This document shows positions 56,175 through 58,620 of a stretch of DNA of 58,620 nt, piece after piece. Numbering within the stretch: the first letter of the stretch is position 1; every line of letters begins with the position of its first letter. Made by a program: the position numbers and the translations under genes. Source of the DNA: a virus (lineage: Duplodnaviria; Caudoviricetes); IMG/VR virus record IMGVR_UViG_3300031841_004380, positions 1 to 58,620 of that record; one strand, 5' to 3'. Under the pieces are notes generated by a model, which ran no database searches, was not told the DNA's origin, and saw only the letters and a list, made by a program, of their open reading frames with translations.

Positions 56175-58328
56175 ATGACTAAAATACTATTACACCGCAA
56201 CAATAATGCTGAATTAACTGGAGTAGTTTTATCTAGCGGAGAACCAGCATTTGCACTAGATCTTAATGTGTTAAAAATTGGTGATGGAGTTAACGCCTGG
56301 GAAAATCTTGATCCTATTGGTGACAGTGGTAGTTTGAGTGCTGCTGCGGTTAGTAGTCTTAATGGTTTAACCGGTGGCATTAGTATTGTTGGCGGCACAG
56401 ACCTTGAGGTAACGGCTGCTGGTAGCTCTATCACTATTGACTATACTGGAGTTGGTGGTGGCTTAACAGATGTGGTAAATGATACTACCCCTCAACTTGG
56501 AGGTGATTTAGATCTTAATACATCTAATATTACTGGTGTTGGAAATGTTAACATAGATGGTAATATCACAGCTGTTAGTGGTTCGTTAGACACTATAGAC
56601 TTAACACCTATAGCCGAGGCAAACTATCCTCCACATTCTGAGGGAAGATTATTTTACGATCAAGAAGCCCACACAATAACTCTCTACAATAATGAAGCGG
56701 ATATTGCTTTACAAATTGGACATGAACAATATATAAGAGTTAGAAATAATACTCCAGACACTATTACTAACGGCTCTGTTGTGAGAATTAATGGCGCTCA
56801 TAATGGCCTAGCTCCTACTATTGTATTGGCTTCAGCTGATAGTGAAGATAATTCTGATGTTGCTGGAGTAGCTACTCACGATATTGAGTCTTCTAGTTTT
56901 GGATATATAACAACATTTGGTTTTGTTAGAAATGTTGTAACTTCGGGGGTAGCTCAAGGAGCTGAAATTTTTCTTTCCACTACTTCTGGAGAATTTACAG
57001 ACACCGCTCCAACAATTCCAAATTTTTCAACATCTATTGGCCATGTAATCTCAGCCCACCCATCGAATGGTACTATTCTTGTTTTTCTTGGCAAACATAA
57101 GCTGGGTGGAGGAGATGTAAAATCTATTAATGGTTATGCGAACTTAAGCGGAATACCTTATATTGGCGCTCTTGGTGATACAAACGCTATGGGTTTAAGA
57201 AGCACACCAGATTTTGTCTACGATAGCGGCAATGGTAATGTTTATATCGGTGGGAACCAAGTGCTTGTTTCTGGAGATAATATTAGTCAATTAGTTAATG
57301 ATGCTGGTTATCTTGACGCCCACCCAACCATCAGTGCTGCTTCATCTTCTAACGGTAATACTGGCAATACTTTTATTCAGAATATTACACTAGATAGTAA
57401 TGGTCATATAACCGCACTTAGTACTGCCGTAGCAACGAGTGGTGGTGGAGGTGGTGGTAGCGGCATACAATCCCTATCTGAAGATCCAGATCCAACTCTA
57501 GGTGGCAATCTTGTTACTAGCACATATTTTGTTAGCGGCAATTTAATTCCTTATAGTAATTCCACTTTTGATCTTGGCACAGCTGAAAGAAAATGGCGAC
57601 ACTTATATCTTAGCAATAATAGCCTAAAGTTTGTTGATGAATCAGAAACCACATACGCTTTAGGAGTAGATGTTGAAACTGGTAATTTAATATACGGCGC
57701 AGATTCTGGAGTGCTAATAAAAGAAAATGATAATATAGGATTGCTTGATGGAAATGTGATGTATGATTACACTTATGGTGGCGGTGATGTAGGCAGCCTA
57801 AACCCTGGTTCAACCGATAAAATTAATATTCTTCGTATCAATCCAGCTGCTGACACTACTATTAAGGGTATTCTTCCGCCGACCGATGCTTCTTCAAAAT
57901 TATATGATAGATTTACACTAATTAATATTAGTAGTAATGTAGTTAACTTAGAACACAACTCCACTGGTGCAAGTTCTAACAACAGAATATTTTTAGATTC
58001 ATCATTAACTAATAATGCTCAAACTATTTTGAAAAAAGGAGAATCTATTGAATGTTATTATGTGGCTGGTACCTTCGACGGAGGCGGTACCCATAGATGG
58101 TTAGCACACCTTAATCAAAATGAACTTAACGGTGATGTTGTTGCTGGTACTGGTATCTCCTTAGTTTATAGCACAGGAACTAACGAACTCGAAATTAGCA
58201 CAAACCTTTATTCTGTACCTGACGGCATCACTGGTGCTAGTGGAGTTAATAATATTGTTGTTATAGGCTCAGGTGATTATGATGCCTTAACTACTAAAAA
58301 TCCAACTACCCTATATTTTATCACTTAA
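56175..58328 (+). CDS. tail fibre / baseplate-associated fibre protein
   Basis: N-terminal L..GEP.F..D....KIGDG..AW..L; two DxxPxLGGxL motifs; DLG....KWRHLYL; C-terminal YDAL.TK.PTTLYFI. Confidence 0.82.
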   Translation: MTKILLHRNNNAELTGVVLSSGEPAFALDLNVLKIGDGVNAWENLDPIGDSGSLSAAAVSSLNGLTGGISIVGGTDLEVTAAGSSITIDYTGVGGGLTDVVNDTTPQLGGDLDLNTSNITGVGNVNIDGNITAVSGSLDTIDLTPIAEANYPPHSEGRLFYDQEAHTITLYNNEADIALQIGHEQYIRVRNNTPDTITNGSVVRINGAHNGLAPTIVLASADSEDNSDVAGVATHDIESSSFGYITTFGFVRNVVTSGVAQGAEIFLSTTSGEFTDTAPTIPNFSTSIGHVISAHPSNGTILVFLGKHKLGGGDVKSINGYANLSGIPYIGALGDTNAMGLRSTPDFVYDSGNGNVYIGGNQVLVSGDNISQLVNDAGYLDAHPTISAASSSNGNTGNTFIQNITLDSNGHITALSTAVATSGGGGGGSGIQSLSEDPDPTLGGNLVTSTYFVSGNLIPYSNSTFDLGTAERKWRHLYLSNNSLKFVDESETTYALGVDVETGNLIYGADSGVLIKENDNIGLLDGNVMYDYTYGGGDVGSLNPGSTDKINILRINPAADTTIKGILPPTDASSKLYDRFTLINISSNVVNLEHNSTGASSNNRIFLDSSLTNNAQTILKKGESIECYYVAGTFDGGGTHRWLAHLNQNELNGDVVAGTGISLVYSTGTNELEISTNLYSVPDGITGASGVNNIVVIGSGDYDALTTKNPTTLYFIT

Positions 58329-58330
58329 TT

Positions 58331-58546
58331 ATGACTGAAAAATACAAAGACATTTTAGCTAAAGCAGAAAAAGAAGCTGATGATCCCAATTATGTTCCTG
58401 CTGACATAAATGACATAAACATAGTGTATAAGGCAGCTGCTTATGAAACCAATCCAACTTACATAGGCGATACTCCAATCAGCGCTATTTATTATGGCAA
58501 TAATGAGATTAAAAAAGTATATCGTGGCTCCAACCAAGTAAGATAA
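58331..58546 (+). CDS. small tail-fibre-associated protein
   Basis: YIGDTPI.AIYYG...I.KVYRGS.QV beta-repeat pattern. Confidence 0.6.
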   Translation: MTEKYKDILAKAEKEADDPNYVPADINDINIVYKAAAYETNPTYIGDTPISAIYYGNNEIKKVYRGSNQVR

Positions 58547-58556
58547 GAGGTAAATT

Positions 58557-58620
58557 ATGACTACAGATGTTTTACAAGACAATACCATTAGACAGGGCTC
58601 TATCGTTCTACAGCCTAGTA
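58557..58620 (+). CDS. start of the next gene (truncated by the window)
   Basis: GAGG RBS, ATG, frame open to the window end. Confidence 0.5.
   Translation, partial: MTTDVLQDNTIRQGSIVLQPS

Noticed and set aside
1-58620. Alternative genetic code (stop recoding), as seen in some large phages
   Set aside because: Known genes (ligase, RuvB, ThyX, UvsE) are full length in the standard code, and TAA, TAG and TGA all end genes.
1-58620. CRISPR array or IS element
   Set aside because: I saw no regularly spaced repeat-spacer units, cas genes or transposase motifs.

Overview
This is a 58.6 kb segment of a large, AT-rich, tailed dsDNA phage genome with almost all genes on the + strand. The host is most likely a Planctomycete, because the phage carries a DUF1501 gene and a DUF1559 prepilin-type + lipoprotein + phytase-like cassette. 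The left part (1-29.4 kb) is an early/middle region of small ORFs behind a phage-specific sigma70-like promoter family (TAAAG..TTGACA..CCGATA..TA[TG]A[AC]T). It holds DNA repair, recombination and nucleotide genes (two HhH glycosylases, UvsE, ATP-dependent ligase, rIIA/rIIB-like, RepB-type primase, a Zn-ribbon/RuvA-C fusion next to RuvB, ThyX), a tmRNA and a tRNA-Leu(UAA). The right part (29.4-58.6 kb) contains the main novelty, an array of about seven paralogous A-B-C cassettes. A is a conserved module homologous to a probable virion protein at 55211, B is an acidic Cys-rich module, and C is a highly variable cargo. The cassettes show fusions, fissions and mosaic swapping, sit among trypsin, subtilisin and ClpP proteases and glycosyltransferases, and several follow a recurring GG[T/G]GTAT[A/T] putative late promoter. 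A phage sigma factor, a degenerate DeoC and tail-fibre genes also lie in this part. All functional calls come from motif recognition by eye; no database searches were run.
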